From: Ignavibacteriota bacterium
GTDB lineage: Bacteria > Bacteroidota > Ignavibacteria > Tepidaquicellales > OLB5
Assembly (NCBI GenBank): GCA_963742955.1
Contig: CAVUOA010000011.1
Coordinates: 3 to 64,002, forward strand
Length of the DNA: 64,000 nt
Direction of reading: 5' to 3'
The notes beneath the pieces were generated by a model, which was not told where the DNA came from, did not search any database, and saw nothing but the letters and a program-made list of their open reading frames with translations. The translations under genes and the position numbers were made by a program. Below, piece by piece: positions 62,373 through 64,000 of this stretch; the first letter of the stretch is position 1; the number at the start of each line of letters is the position of its first letter.

Positions 62373-63633
62373 ATGTTCGATACTGGGAATCCGGATTTAT
62401 GCTTCTTGCAACAAGCTTAGTCATGTTAATGACTCCCGGACTGGCATTCTTTTACGGTGGACTTGTTGGCAGGAAGAACGTTCTCGCAATTAGTGACTCA
62501 AAGTTTCGTATCGATGGGTGTAACAACTGTCTTATGGTTTCTTGTAGGCTACTCTATGTGCTTCAGCGGAACGCTTGCAGGCGGAACAGACATTTTAGGA
62601 ATCATAGGTAACTTCAAAATGGCTTTCCTTAAGCGGTGTAGGTCCAAACACTCCGACACCTATTAATCCTTCGATTCCGCTTTATGTTTTTGCAGCTTTA
62701 CCAAATGATGTTTGCAATAATAACACCTGCCTTAATTACCGGGGCATTCGCAAACAGGGTAACCTTTAGGGCTTATGTTATATTTTTAATATTCTGGCAA
62801 TTATTGGTTTACTATCCTTTTGTACATATGATTTGGGGTGGTGGAATTCTTGCCCAATGGGGCGTACTGGACTTTGCCGGTGGAATTGTAGTACATGCAT
62901 TAGCAGGTTTTGCTGCTTTGGCATCAGTCATTTATGTTGGGAATCGCAGGGTAGTTAATTCCAAACCCAATAATATTCCATTGGTTGCCATCGGAACTGC
63001 TCTCTTATGGTTTGGCTGGTATGGATTTAATGCCGGAAGCGAATTGGCTGTAAATGGAATTACTTCTATTGCTTATCTAAATACAGATATTTCCGGCTCA
63101 TTCGCCGCAGTCACCTGGCTGGCAATTGACTGGCGCCATAGAAAAAAAGCCAAAAATGATAGGACTAATGACAGGAGCTGTAGCAGGACTTGCAACAATC
63201 ACACCGGCTGCCGGATTTGTATCGTTAAAAGCAGCTGTAATTATCGGAATTCTTTCGGGTATTATATGTTAGCTTGCCGTATCGCTGAAGAACAAATTAC
63301 AATGGGATGATGCTCTTGACGTATGGGGTGTACATGGTGTAGGCGGATTTATAGGTATAATATTTTTGGGAATATTCGGTTCAATAACAATAAACCCCGC
63401 AGGTTCTAACGGATTACTCCATGGCGGAGCTGATTTCTTCTGGATTCAGATTTTTGCAGTTGTGGTACAGCTCGGTTTATGCATTCGCATTCACTTATAT
63501 TATGTTATGGATTATCAGCAAATTTATTAGAGTCAGGGTTTCTAAAGAAGAAGAAGAAAGAGGACTTCAAATTCCTCTGCACGGCGAGGAGAAAGTTATG
63601 CTTATAGAAATTCAAAAGCGCTGTAAATTTTAA
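62373..63633 (+). pseudogene. amt: Ammonium transporter (Amt family), at least 4 frame breaks as assembled
   Basis: SD AAGGAGG at 62359-62365. MLLATSLVMLMTPGLAFFYGGLVGRKNVLA, VTQSFVSMGVTTVLWFLVGYSMCFSG, FQMMFAIITPALITGAFANR, DFAGGIVVHALAGFAALA, WFGWYGFNAGS, C-terminal ..FIRVRVSKEEEERGL..LHGE. Confidence 0.85.
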
Positions 63634-63660
63634 ATTAAATCATTTAAAATTAGTGTCTTA

Positions 63661-63690
63661 AACGGGTTCCCAATGGAACCCGTTTTTTTA
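63661..63690 (+). terminator. Rho-independent terminator after amt
   Basis: AACGGGTTCC-CAAT-GGAACCCGTT, followed by TTTTTT. Confidence 0.8.
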
Positions 63691-63710
63691 TAAAATTTAT
63701 TTTCATCTTG

Positions 63711-63738
63711 TTGACTTTTAAAAATTTTATAATATATT
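63711..63738 (+). promoter_or_regulatory. Candidate sigma-70-type promoter (TTGACT-16 nt-TATATT) for the last gene
   Basis: Hexamers read directly. The promoter consensus of this lineage is unknown to me, so this is weak. Confidence 0.3.
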
Positions 63739-63781
63739 ATAACATATACAAAATTATTATGGATGACTATCATTTATCCAA

Positions 63782-63975
63782 AAGGAGGATTAGACTATAG
63801 AGATTTGTTAATCTTTTTACTCTGAAAAATAGTCTTACCTGTTCTAAATCCAGAATCCTCCTTCAAAGAAAATCTAAAAATTAAATATCATTCTTAAATT
63901 TCCGGTTTCGTAATAAAGCGGTTTGCTGTATTATTACGAATGCACGAAAATAGACTATCTGTCTTCACAGGAGGG
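63782..63975 (+). promoter_or_regulatory. Structured 5' leader: 82-nt three-stem hairpin (pseudo-SD/anti-SD), 10-bp stem-loop, then the real SD
   Basis: AAGGAGGATT (63782-63791) pairs perfectly with AATCCTCCTT (63854-63863). Nested AGACTAT/ATAGTCT (63792-98 / 63829-35) and AGATT/AATCT (63801-05 / 63810-14). TTCGTAATAA/TTATTACGAA (63907-16 / 63931-40). SD AGGAGGG at 63969-75. Confidence 0.45.
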
Positions 63976-63982
63976 TAAAATC

Positions 63983-64000
63983 ATGGCAAACACCAAAATC
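63983..64000 (+). CDS. 5' end of an unidentified gene (MANTKI...), truncated by the window edge
   Basis: The ATG lies 7 nt after the strong SD AGGAGGG. Only 6 codons are visible. Confidence 0.4.

Noticed and set aside
1-64000. Defence island, prophage, integron or conjugative element somewhere in the window.
   Set aside because: I could recognise no integrase, recombinase, phage structural, restriction, toxin-antitoxin, Cas or nucleotide-signalling gene. The only mobile-element-like gene is the solitary RAYT-like ORF at 40335-40832.

Overview
AT-rich (roughly 35-40% GC by eye) chromosomal segment, most likely from a Bacteroidota/Ignavibacteria-type (FCB group) bacterium. Four secreted proteins end in the T9SS type-A sorting domain (YQNFPNPFNPST...), which supports that placement. 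I can support about 62 protein genes and see no rRNA, tRNA, CRISPR array, prophage or classical IS. Gene content is mostly housekeeping: nrnA, pepA, queG, an ABC-F ATPase, an iscR-iscS-iscA-sod array, rsmB, an alanine aminotransferase, recA/recX, a yggS-divIVA-punA array and amt. Accessory blocks are interleaved with these. They include a small-molecule stress cluster under a divergent GlxA/AraC regulator (8.8-13.1 kb) and a roughly 1,685-aa thioester-containing alpha-2-macroglobulin (16.1-21.2 kb). A secreted PIG-L deacetylase / beta-propeller-CxxCH-T9SS protein / APC permease array sits at 26.8-32.4 kb. A trehalose island (fused TPS/TPP, an unknown gene, TreT, with mscL nearby) sits at 40.9-47.6 kb. 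There are also several T9SS cargo proteins, including a secreted agmatine-deiminase/PAD-family enzyme. Two window-wide features stand out. First, close to half of the genes are broken as assembled, almost always by frame changes. The breaks are unevenly distributed (dense at 13-16, 46-52 and 58-64 kb) and hit essential genes such as recA and iscS, so assembly indel error is more likely than decay. Second, a family of short GC-rich hairpin repeats occurs between genes and twice inside queG, with one copy in frame, and a solitary RAYT-like HUH Y1 transposase gene lies in the same window. I did not find a clear-cut new multi-gene system. The best candidates for follow-up are the intragenic hairpin repeats, the structured pseudo-SD/anti-SD leader at 63.78-63.98 kb, the unknown gene translationally coupled inside the trehalose operon, and the propeller-heme-T9SS/PIG-L/permease array. 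All product calls rest on motifs I could read in the supplied translations. No database search was run.
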